A stretch of 64,000 nucleotides of DNA, taken from positions 32,001-96,000 of the IMG/VR virus record IMGVR_UViG_3300044970_001982; one strand, given 5' to 3'. Below are positions 7,883-18,200 of the stretch, piece after piece (positions within the stretch are counted from its first letter, which is position 1; every line of letters begins with the position of its first letter). The DNA is from a virus. The notes below the pieces were generated by a model that was not told where the DNA came from, did no database searches, and worked only from the letters and a program-made list of their open reading frames with translations. The position numbers and the translations under genes were made by a program.

Positions 7883-8264
7883 TCTCTAATCTGGTAACTT
7901 TATTGAATAATCTAGATAACTTACCACTTAATTTATCGGTGGCATCTATCTGTAGGTCTTGTAGTGATGCGCCATCTTCATCTATATATATTTGTATTCC
8001 ATCTATCTCAGTAGACACTCCATCTTCCAACTTAACTTGTTCGGTATAATTTGACAGATTTGCTATAAAATAATTTAATTTATCTAAAATAGATTCATCT
8101 ACTTGATTTAACTCATTTAGTATTCTAGTAAAATCTATTTTAAGTACATTTGTTTCCACATTCTCTAATAAGCTACTTCTATTAGATTTAAACTTTAGCC
8201 TATTTATTTGCATTAAGGGTTCTCTGGGCGGATTAGCACCCGGTTTCCTATAAGTTATTGACAT
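7872..8264 (-). CDS. Small coiled-coil structural protein
   Basis: 130 aa, helical; N-terminus resembles that of the neighbouring paralogues. Confidence 0.55.
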   Translation of the reverse strand: MSITYRKPGANPPREPLMQINRLKFKSNRSSLLENVETNVLKIDFTRILNELNQVDESILDKLNYFIANLSNYTEQVKLEDGVSTEIDGIQIYIDEDGASLQDLQIDATDKLSGKLSRLFNKVTRLENGE

Positions 8265-8265
8265 T

Positions 8266-10410
8266 CTAACCTTCTTCGTTATGCTTAAACTTTACTCTAA
8301 TACTGTCTATAGATGGAGATACTAATGGGTTATTGCCCCTGTATAAATCTGCTCTATACCTTACAGCTGTTATTGGATTTGATATTTCGCTAAAATACTT
8401 TATTTGAGATCTACCCTCTAGATACTTGGATGAAATAACATATCTTGATCCAAATACATTATCTATAGTAAATACAAAAGAATTATCTGACACACGCTGT
8501 CTAAATTCATATGGATCTAAATATGAAAAATAATTAATAAATAAAGTTCCATAATCTGATATATTTTTTCCAGACATAATATTAAAGGATACTAAACCTT
8601 CAAAATTCTTATCATAAGTTATTTTAATATAATTAATTCCAGTTTTAAAGTTCCATTCAATATCTCTAGATAAAGTTCCAGATGGAATATCTGCTATCAA
8701 AGTTTCATTTAAGTAGATCCCTAAATTAAAGTCAGATCTACTTTTTGAAACAGTGTGTATAACTGATATATCTCTATCACAAATTATTTTTCCATCTAAT
8801 AAACCAGAACAAATACCATTCAATCCAGGACTTATGGAACCTAACTGATTTTCTATTGTTGAAGAAACTAGAACATCAGATGAAGTTACTCCAGAAACTG
8901 ATTCCGCCCATACATTCAGTGATTTATATATTTCAACGGTATTTATACTAGACGACCTGACAATTGCATAATTCTTAAATGAATTCAATCCATTTAAAAT
9001 AAATGGTTGATTTATAACATCTTCTCCAACATTACAAATCTTATAAACAGTTTTTCCAGAATAAATAGATGTACTTGGATTCAAATCATTTATGTTTTGA
9101 GATGTTGTATTCAAATCTATTAATTCTAGGCCACCAACGATACTTGCTTGATCATATATTAGTTTAGAAATTCTATTAGTAGATTGAATATTTACTATTG
9201 TTGGATTTACATTATTATTTGCATTTGTTGGATCTATAGCTATCCAGTTGAAACCTTCTATGCCAGAAGCACCCGGTGTATCTGCTGCAACAAAGTAGTT
9301 TACTTCATAACCAGATCCAACTTGATGATCAACTTCTAGACTAACTGATTCTATTGATAATAACTTATTATCTTTTGTTGGTATTGTTATTGGTTGTGAC
9401 ACTATTGTAGATCTTTTATCGTGATACTTAGCGCCGATAAATAGATCTCTCAATCCAAAGGAGTACGAGTATGGCCTACTTGAATTATTTGAAACTTCAT
9501 CTGCTAAAGTTTTAAATAACGTTAGCCTAATACTTGAATATGTCAGAGGATTTAAAACAAAGGAAAATCTATCATAATCTTCGCGAGCATTTTTAAACTT
9601 TGTTTGAATTGGAAGATTTATATCTGACGGTGTTGCCTCTAGGATAACACCGCAGGGTGATGAAGTAAGTATGATGCCTTCAATTTTTGATACAGTTGCA
9701 TTCGATGCGACTGGTATACTAATTTGTATAGAAACAATCGAAGGACTTGAAGTGGTGTGGGTATAACTCCAGTAGGTGTCAGTTAAACCATCAAGAGCAT
9801 TATCAAAATTAGTTATTTGACTATTCTCAACAGCGGTTGTGCCATTTTCTACTACTGAAAATTTTGCTGAAGATATATTTAATATTGACGAACTGATCAT
9901 ATCAAAAACACCAGATGATATTTTTGGTATTGATGCGTTACCCATTTGGGTGTCTATATACGAACTTGTAAGATTTAAGTCAATGTTTTTTGTGGAGGAA
10001 AAATTTTCTACAAATGAATAAAAGAAACCATCAGTATTATTATTTGCAAATAGTAGTTGGTCTACTTTTCCTTCTAGTTCTCTTCTTTTTAGCTTTAAGT
10101 TTGACAACTTATTGTTAAGTGAAGTAATTGTAGACATAAGTTCATAATTGTTTTCATTTATACAATCATATAGAACTTCCATATTAAAGATGCTATTAAT
10201 CATTAATTCGTTAAGCATCATAGCGTCAACTACTTCTGAAAAATTGATTTCGTTATAATCTACTGGAAGTGGTTGTCCAAATTTATATCTAGAAAAATAT
10301 GAATTAAATATAGATCTAACAGATTGTTCTGATGGCCTTGATCCAGAAGAATAATATAGCTTATAAATATTGTTCAAAAATTTTCTTTTTTGTATAGTTG
10401 CTATATTCAT
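8266..10410 (-). CDS. Peripheral baseplate/tail structural protein with possible PA14-like sugar-binding insert
   Basis: Coiled coil, then ALDGLTDTYW discoidin-like start, YSFGLRDL, WIAIDP, then GIYLN...WNFKTGINYIKITY. Confidence 0.65.
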   Translation of the reverse strand: MNIATIQKRKFLNNIYKLYYSSGSRPSEQSVRSIFNSYFSRYKFGQPLPVDYNEINFSEVVDAMMLNELMINSIFNMEVLYDCINENNYELMSTITSLNNKLSNLKLKRRELEGKVDQLLFANNNTDGFFYSFVENFSSTKNIDLNLTSSYIDTQMGNASIPKISSGVFDMISSSILNISSAKFSVVENGTTAVENSQITNFDNALDGLTDTYWSYTHTTSSPSIVSIQISIPVASNATVSKIEGIILTSSPCGVILEATPSDINLPIQTKFKNAREDYDRFSFVLNPLTYSSIRLTLFKTLADEVSNNSSRPYSYSFGLRDLFIGAKYHDKRSTIVSQPITIPTKDNKLLSIESVSLEVDHQVGSGYEVNYFVAADTPGASGIEGFNWIAIDPTNANNNVNPTIVNIQSTNRISKLIYDQASIVGGLELIDLNTTSQNINDLNPSTSIYSGKTVYKICNVGEDVINQPFILNGLNSFKNYAIVRSSSINTVEIYKSLNVWAESVSGVTSSDVLVSSTIENQLGSISPGLNGICSGLLDGKIICDRDISVIHTVSKSRSDFNLGIYLNETLIADIPSGTLSRDIEWNFKTGINYIKITYDKNFEGLVSFNIMSGKNISDYGTLFINYFSYLDPYEFRQRVSDNSFVFTIDNVFGSRYVISSKYLEGRSQIKYFSEISNPITAVRYRADLYRGNNPLVSPSIDSIRVKFKHNEEG

Positions 10411-12608
10411 GATCTCTTTACCTTAGCTATTAATTGATATGAGTATATATTTGGTGTAAAATTTTTAGAAGAAGCTTTTCTTACTTTTATCTTAACTATT
10501 ATATTTTTAACTTCTTTTGGAATTCTTGGGTCGTTTGCATAAAAAGCTCCACTTAACTGAAACTCATTAACTGTTGATTGATTGAAGTAAATTACCTCTG
10601 GGGTACTGTTAAAGTCTAGTTGAATAGGAGAAATATCTATCCAACTAGATCCACCATCTACAGATATTTGAGACTGAACAGTGCAGTCTTTTAATAGCTG
10701 TTCATCCAAAGAGGATTCCAAGCTTAACATAACAGCTTCTACAGGAAGATCAAATAAAAATGGTAGTGATACAATTTCTAGTTCATCTTGGAAAACTTCT
10801 GAATATAATTCCACATCTCTAAGGCCTATCGCCCACCGTTTTGCAGAGTATAGTTCTTTTTCGGTTTTTACTGGTACTCTATAAGTTTTGACTCTTTCAA
10901 CTGGAGTAATCGTCTGTGAGATAACCTGTACTGCAGTAACTGTTCCACCAGAAGTAATACCTTCTATAGGGTTTATAACGTACGGCGTCTCGTTTAGATA
11001 TGTAGCTACTAATGAATCATAATCCTCTTGCGCATCTTCTTCAGTTGGATAATTTATTGTTTGAATTTCATCATCAGAAACAACAATATTTTTAGTAAAT
11101 AGAGCTGTCTTTATAACTATTGGATCATTATTTTCATCTCTACCAGATTCACTAAACCACTGCTGGAAATATATATTTTCAACAGGACCCTCTTCTGGAG
11201 TTATTGAAAACTGTATAACAAAAAAGTTTCTTGCAGTTGGCTTTTTCTTAATCGAAACATTTACTGTTTTAAAAATGTCTCCAGACTTTTTAAATTCCAC
11301 AGGATTAGCTGAAGTTGGAAGAAGAGAATATCTATTGTATTCAATGCTTTCATAAATATCCCTACTTAGGGCATCTGGATTAAATCTTTCTGCATCTACG
11401 AAGGGGTTGTTTGCGTTGGCCTCTGTTGGTTTCCAATATATATGCTGTATTTGTATATCGGAACTTTCTGATTGCTTAAATTTTATTTCTGCTTTTAGTA
11501 CTTCTCTCTCCCTAAATCTTATCGTAGCCTTATTGTAGTAATAATATTTAGCCATCTGAAGATTTATGGGAATTATAGATGATCCTATAAATATGGGATT
11601 GTCTATAACATTTTCCGAAGAACCAGATTTATCATATATATTAATTTCGCTTACTTCTATAAATTTACAAGAACCAAAATATGGAGTTATATCTATACTG
11701 TTTATTTTTCTCGGTGTTCTTGTTGACAATTGTAAATTCATTTCTAGCGGCTGATCTATATTGTGACTTGACCAATCTACTAATGTAGATTCATTGGTGC
11801 TAGAGTTGCTTGTTGATGACTTTATGTACTTGAATTCATTGTCCCTTGGCGGAATAGATGGAATCGGAGAAGCTGTTGTTTTATCAACGTTTATTGCTTC
11901 ATACTCAAAATATGTTAAAGGATTAGCGTCTCTAACACTATTAAGGTTATTTAATGTTTCGCTATTTTCAAAAACAAACTTATATTCACTAGATTGATCG
12001 TCATTTACCGATCTAATAACCTGATGACTATTTCCTATGAACCCGTTAGAATCCAATATTGAAATAGCACTTACTAACATTTTTTGAGCAGATGATACAG
12101 GGAGTGATGCGATTCCATTTTTTATTAATGGATTTAAACCCTTGGTTATTTTAGTATAATCAATTAGATCATCATTTTCAAAAGAATCACCTACGTAAAC
12201 TAAATCATCAGACGGACTACGTGAATACATCTGTAATATTTTTGCTTTAGATGCTATTCTTTCTGCAAACTTTTTTTCATTTTCTATTTCTCTATTGAAT
12301 AAATTAAAAACATCAACCGTTTTTGCATTCATTAGGTCTAACTGTCTAGCTATGATTGATATATCATCTTTGCAGCTTCTAAAGAAGTTATTCATCTTTG
12401 ATGATACTGGCGGCTCCCCGTTTATGAACGGGTCATATTTTGTTAGCGTAGAGCCCAAACTATTTTTTACATCGGTAATAAGTGAAGAATATTGTTCTGC
12501 TATTTCTTCTTTTGTTATTCCAGACCTCTGATTTAATATTAGTAGAAGCTTATTAACTTTTACTAAAAGCTGCTCATATGTAAGAAGGTTGGACGATAAT
12601 TGTGTCAT
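10407..12608 (-). CDS. Peripheral baseplate/tail structural protein (paralogue family member)
   Basis: Coiled-coil N-terminus; WAIGLRDV, SVDGGSSWIDISP, TPNIYSYQL. Confidence 0.65.
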   Translation of the reverse strand: MTQLSSNLLTYEQLLVKVNKLLLILNQRSGITKEEIAEQYSSLITDVKNSLGSTLTKYDPFINGEPPVSSKMNNFFRSCKDDISIIARQLDLMNAKTVDVFNLFNREIENEKKFAERIASKAKILQMYSRSPSDDLVYVGDSFENDDLIDYTKITKGLNPLIKNGIASLPVSSAQKMLVSAISILDSNGFIGNSHQVIRSVNDDQSSEYKFVFENSETLNNLNSVRDANPLTYFEYEAINVDKTTASPIPSIPPRDNEFKYIKSSTSNSSTNESTLVDWSSHNIDQPLEMNLQLSTRTPRKINSIDITPYFGSCKFIEVSEINIYDKSGSSENVIDNPIFIGSSIIPINLQMAKYYYYNKATIRFREREVLKAEIKFKQSESSDIQIQHIYWKPTEANANNPFVDAERFNPDALSRDIYESIEYNRYSLLPTSANPVEFKKSGDIFKTVNVSIKKKPTARNFFVIQFSITPEEGPVENIYFQQWFSESGRDENNDPIVIKTALFTKNIVVSDDEIQTINYPTEEDAQEDYDSLVATYLNETPYVINPIEGITSGGTVTAVQVISQTITPVERVKTYRVPVKTEKELYSAKRWAIGLRDVELYSEVFQDELEIVSLPFLFDLPVEAVMLSLESSLDEQLLKDCTVQSQISVDGGSSWIDISPIQLDFNSTPEVIYFNQSTVNEFQLSGAFYANDPRIPKEVKNIIVKIKVRKASSKNFTPNIYSYQLIAKVKRS

Positions 12609-12618
12609 AATATTCTCT

Positions 12619-15222
12619 TTAACTAATCGATGAATTTATTTTATCATAGTATGGATCATAGTTTAGTGTTTTCATTTTTAATATAACACTATCTATTGAT
12701 ATAGGATCATTTGTATCTAAAAAGTTCTTTCTTAAAATAAGTCTAAATCTTAAGTCATTTGGAGTATACTGATAATAAACCCTAAAAGGCGTGTTAATAT
12801 TTCTATTAAAAACAATCCCATTACCATTATGTATGAATAGAATATTGTTTGTGTTATAAAACTTAACGCTTTGAGTTCCAGTGGTATAGTTAGTTAGATT
12901 AACGGCGTAAGATCCATCTGACAGTTGTATTTTTACTGGAGAGTATCCGGAAAAATTACCGATAAAACTAGTTCCACCTATTGAGTTGTACACAGCCTGA
13001 GAGGCAGCTAGTTTATTAATATATGGAGTATAGCTTAGTTTAATGTATGAGTTTCTGTCAGTCTGAATGAATCGTTCGCCAGGTCCATCGGAAGATGTAT
13101 ATGACTTTATAGATTCTATATAAATATTTCTTTTAATAAAATCTATTTCATTTGGAGTATAATTCGAATAGTCTAACTTATAAGATGCCACAAATAGACT
13201 ATTAGGAGAATATACATTGTTTGATAATGTAATAGTTTTTAACTGAGGATTATATGAATAGTTTGCAGTTCCTCTAGTAACTAACATTCCATCTTTATAG
13301 ATGGTAATAGAGTCTGGTATTGCATGGAACCTAATTTCAGCTTTATTATTGCTTGAATTAACGAATAAAACTTCAGAATCAATATACTCCAAACCATAAG
13401 GGGTTATGGGAATCCAATCTTGCTCTTGATTAGGTACTGATTTGTTTGATACCGATAGTTCGTAAGACGCTAATATCTTTAAATCTTTATCAGCTCTTGA
13501 AACATCTACGGAGTTCAAACCACTATTAACCTTTGCCTTAACTGCTAATATTTGTCCGTCAACAGGTATCTTTCTACTTACATAAGCTGCTTTTGTCGTA
13601 TTTTGTGATAATGTTTCTATAAACTCTATAGAATTTAAAGAAAAAGAATATTCATAACTATTTTCAGATTCTTGTGTTAAAGTAGAACTAACTGAAGTGT
13701 ATTGACTGTTTGCAATAGTTGGAGCTATAGACTGTGTGTTATATCCACTTATGCTATTAGATCCATTTGATTTTATGAAAGATGGATCTGATAAAGAATT
13801 TGGCGCGCTGCCAGAACTTAGTCTTTCTATAAATTTTTCATTATTAAATAGATTTAACTTACCGGAAAAACTATCTAACATGTTGTTCATTAAGTTAATA
13901 AATATAGGTGTATTGGTGTAGATGTTTCTATCTTCAATAACTAAAGTATTAAAATCTTTTATTTGTTGACTCAAATTTGACAAATAACTATCAAATTCTT
14001 GAGGGAATCTATAGCTATAATAGTCAGTATCTGAATAGTTATTTTTTGAAATTCCTGAGATTGTATTTTTTTTCTTAAAGAACCAAAATACTACATCTTG
14101 ATATTTACTGAATCTAGTCTTTCTATCATCAATGATTGATCTGACAAATAGATCTAAAACTTTTGCGTTTAGTTCTGAACTAACCGGCGTTTTATTACTT
14201 CTAATATAATTAGACTGGTTAAATATAAAAGTAACTTTACTAATATTTCTTTTATCAAATTTAAGATCTAATGTACCATTTATAAGTGTTGGTGTTTGAA
14301 GTAATTTGTAATAATTTTCTGATGGGGTTAGATTGTTCGACTGTTGTGGAGAATCCGTGTATACAATAACTTGTAAGAGTTGTAAGTTATTTGAATAATT
14401 AGGATTAACTCTTATTGTATCAATAGATACCGGTCTTTCAAATTCAACCTCAGATAAAGTTGCTGCTCCTGATAATAATGTATAGTCATATCCAAGCAAG
14501 GACTTATACTCTTCTAGTTGCGCATTTAGTATTGCTGGCGACTTTACTGTGATCGTCCATGAGTCTGAAAAATTCTCATTAAATAGATTTTCAAAATCAG
14601 TTTTTGTCGTAATATAATTGTTGTAATTATTTTTTATTTTTATAGATTTTATATTTCTAATTACATTTTTTGAATCTTGAGTTTTACCAATTTTTAAAAC
14701 TCCAGCCTTACCATCTATGAAAGAATTTCCATTTTCTACAAAAGCAGCTCCGTCTCTATCTGGAATGGAAATAATTAAATTATCAAACTTATAATCATTA
14801 ACAAAACTATCGAACTTTTCTATATAATTAGAATTGTATAAATCATCTTTTCCTGAGATAAATTCATAATTATCTATAAATAGTTCTAGTTTGGAAAGAT
14901 CATTTTCAGCTTTTTCTATTTCAGAAGAAAATACATCCACCATAGAACTTAATGCTATACCTGTAGCATTTGCTGCTGAATAAAAACTTTGTAATCTCAA
15001 AAAGATATTTCTAAATGAGTCGATCATTATTTCTTTAGATAGGACAGAAAACATTGGAATGTTTGCTGCAGAGAAATTTTGGTCAACGACGGTATTAGAA
15101 ACTCTATTAACAAGAGTAGACAAATCAGATTTCCCAACCTTCATTTGTCTAATTAGTGAAGCGACTGTTGTTCTGGTTGAAGACGAGTATTGATTAATTG
15201 TTTCCGGCAAATAGTTTATCAT
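12619..15222 (-). CDS. Peripheral baseplate/tail structural protein (paralogue family member)
   Basis: Coiled-coil N-terminus; YSFSLNSI, WIPITP, PISIDSVILK. Confidence 0.65.
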   Translation of the reverse strand: MINYLPETINQYSSSTRTTVASLIRQMKVGKSDLSTLVNRVSNTVVDQNFSAANIPMFSVLSKEIMIDSFRNIFLRLQSFYSAANATGIALSSMVDVFSSEIEKAENDLSKLELFIDNYEFISGKDDLYNSNYIEKFDSFVNDYKFDNLIISIPDRDGAAFVENGNSFIDGKAGVLKIGKTQDSKNVIRNIKSIKIKNNYNNYITTKTDFENLFNENFSDSWTITVKSPAILNAQLEEYKSLLGYDYTLLSGAATLSEVEFERPVSIDTIRVNPNYSNNLQLLQVIVYTDSPQQSNNLTPSENYYKLLQTPTLINGTLDLKFDKRNISKVTFIFNQSNYIRSNKTPVSSELNAKVLDLFVRSIIDDRKTRFSKYQDVVFWFFKKKNTISGISKNNYSDTDYYSYRFPQEFDSYLSNLSQQIKDFNTLVIEDRNIYTNTPIFINLMNNMLDSFSGKLNLFNNEKFIERLSSGSAPNSLSDPSFIKSNGSNSISGYNTQSIAPTIANSQYTSVSSTLTQESENSYEYSFSLNSIEFIETLSQNTTKAAYVSRKIPVDGQILAVKAKVNSGLNSVDVSRADKDLKILASYELSVSNKSVPNQEQDWIPITPYGLEYIDSEVLFVNSSNNKAEIRFHAIPDSITIYKDGMLVTRGTANYSYNPQLKTITLSNNVYSPNSLFVASYKLDYSNYTPNEIDFIKRNIYIESIKSYTSSDGPGERFIQTDRNSYIKLSYTPYINKLAASQAVYNSIGGTSFIGNFSGYSPVKIQLSDGSYAVNLTNYTTGTQSVKFYNTNNILFIHNGNGIVFNRNINTPFRVYYQYTPNDLRFRLILRKNFLDTNDPISIDSVILKMKTLNYDPYYDKINSSIS

Positions 15223-15223
15223 A

Positions 15224-18200
15224 CTAGCTCCAAGAGTTTCCTTCTAGATCTTGTAGATCAAAAACCACTCCAGCTGTTAAGTTATTCCGAATAACATCAT
15301 AAATTTGTTTAGGATCAACAAAGTTTTCTTTTACTTCTTGTGGAATTTGAATAATCACGTAGCCACCTCTGTTATAAGTATTTCCCTGTGGTGGATAAAC
15401 GTCCCAATAAGATAGTACATCATATTCCTCTGTCAACGAGTTATTGTTTAGAGAATCTAAAATTTCCGAATTATCCAAATCACCTCTTAATCCGCCACCT
15501 CTAACTCTTAGGTCTACGAAGTTTGTTGCTATAGAATTTGGCTTATTGGTGACATAGATAACTGCTATTGTTAAAGCAAATGGATTATAGTTTATTGATG
15601 TGCTGTCGAAAATGGAAGAATCATATGTAAAGTTTATACCACTATTATATGAATAATCATCTATTTTTTCATAAGCTAAACTAGAAACTGGAATTCCATT
15701 TAAAAGCGATTCATTGTAGTTTGCGTATCTATATACGTTATTTGGAAGAATATAAATATAAAGTGGTTTATCAAAACGAATCGTTTCTTGATTAAGAAGC
15801 GGATTTAATGGAATTGGAAAACCATCCACTTCTCTTAATAGAAGGTTATTATTTTCTGTACTATAATTAACCTTTATTAATGATCTGCTAGATGGAACTA
15901 TAGCCTTTTTAAAACTAATTAATCCAGTATAACAATTTACATCCTTTATTATTGAATAATCTACTTCTACCCATGCACTAGATATGGATTCTCTTGTATA
16001 TATTTTTATTTCTGGCTTAATTATTCCAACTATAGAATTCAGATTATCTGTAGGATGATTCCATGCAACTATTGGAGCTCTTCTAACTTGAATTGTTTTT
16101 GTATCTATAATTGATGGATTTTCATCAACAACATCATAGTATCCATAGCCAAATACTGTTGACCAAGCTATGTTTGGTGTATCCAAAGTAGAATACTGGC
16201 CAACTAAACGTTGTCCCATATAATTCCACTTCCAATCGTGCCATTTAATATTTGGATCTATATATATTTCCTTATTAAAGGATCCGTTAGAAACTGGAAG
16301 CTCCCAAGTATCAAACTTAGAAATGTTTTGACTAATAGAGCCGACATTTATAGATGTATTTGATTTGTATTTAACAGAATATACAGGCACTAAGTATTTT
16401 AGTGGAACTCTTGATGGAATAAATGTATTTGTATTGTTTAAGCCAAAGAATTCACCATCTCCACTTTGTCCATCAGCATCTAGTGCGCATATAGCTATGT
16501 ATATGTTTGCTGAACTCCTAGAGAATGCTTCCCCTGACCTTGAATACAAATCAATATAGTTTATATAATTTCCTAAGAACTTTCTTTCGGAAACATCATA
16601 GAAGCCATATCTAATTCCATCATCTGGTAATTCGTTATAAACAGAGAAGTAACCATATCTTAGATCTGTTTCTTGAGAAGATATATTTTGGTAGGTCGAC
16701 GCATCAATTGCGGCTCTGATCTGCGAGTAAGTTGGTAGCCCAACTGGTGCGCCCGCGTCATTGCATAATAATAAAACGCCATCTCCATAATTAATAGTAT
16801 TCTTACCAGAAGGGAGAATGTTACCAGATAGTGTTTTGAGTCTAAAATTACTTGATAGATCTATTGGTTGAGTTCTAACCAAAGATGTTCCATAGTATGT
16901 TGCTGATGTGTCAAATGTTATTGTATTTGAAGTATTTGTGTATGAAACGGCGTTTGAAGAAACTTCTGCCCCAGTTGAAGTTCGTATGTTAGATACGGAA
17001 AGGTTGCTAAGAGTTACTGATCCAGTGCTATTTGTAAAAGACTCTACTTTGATTCTGGAGTTTTCAAAACCATCAGACCCAATTTCTAATTCACCTTCAT
17101 CTATCTCTATTGTGGAATTGCCAAAAGATAAAGAGGTAATATAATTAGATAATCTAGACAGCTCGTTAACGTTTCTTACATTTAAATTCTTTGGAACGCT
17201 TGGAGATAAATCAGATATAGAAGTACTAAAAACAACTTCTACATCTACAGATATTGGAGTATTTTCATCCTCATATCCAGTTTCTGTTCCACCATCAACT
17301 GTTCCATTAATTTTAATTCCAGAAATTCCGAAACCTTCACCTTGACCAAAGCCAGGAGAAATTGCCAAACCCTCTATTCCTACAATTATATATCTACAGC
17401 TATTTGCTTCTAGATTATTTATTGGTATATTTATATCTCCTGAGGCAGCCGATAGGTTAAGGGCTTCAAGTTTAGAATATTTAAATATATTTGTTTCAAA
17501 TGTTGGACCCCAGCCAACTGAAACTACTTTGAAGTTTCTCCATCTAGCGTCTTGTTGATCAGGGGTAATTGTTATCCCAGTAACATTTATCATTGAACTT
17601 GGAACTTGCATAAACAAGATGTCTGCTCCGAGTTTAGGTCCAACTGTTCCTGTGAAAGTTATCTTTCTGTATGGTCTTCCGGAGTTAACATCTGGCGCTA
17701 AAGACATTGTTTCAACTTTAGATATATATTTTCTTATGTCTGGAGTAGCAAATGCTTTCCAATCATCTAAAGCTTTTTGTCCCTCAAAAGCTCTTTTTAT
17801 TAACCACACAAGAGCTAAATACCATTTAGTCTCACTATCAACTTTGTAATCTTTAAATCTTTGATTATTAGCTACTTGGAAATTGTATACAGCCTGAGCA
17901 GTAACTGGCCCATATGATCCATCTATAGCCCCTTTATATTTCCCAGCTGCTGCTAAAGTATACTGTATATATTTTACATATTCATGTGTTGGCGAACCTT
18001 GAACCCAAATTCTAGGATCTCCATGTATATCTATATCACCTGTGTAAGGGAATATGTTTGAGGCATCTGCTACGTTAGTTGATCTACTGGTTTGATAGTC
18101 ATCGATTCCAGACTTTACATTTTCTGCGGGAAGTGTAGCTGGTTTTGGTCCAACAGGAATGTCTATTTCTTTTTTACCCTTGTATGTGGCGTTGACAGTG

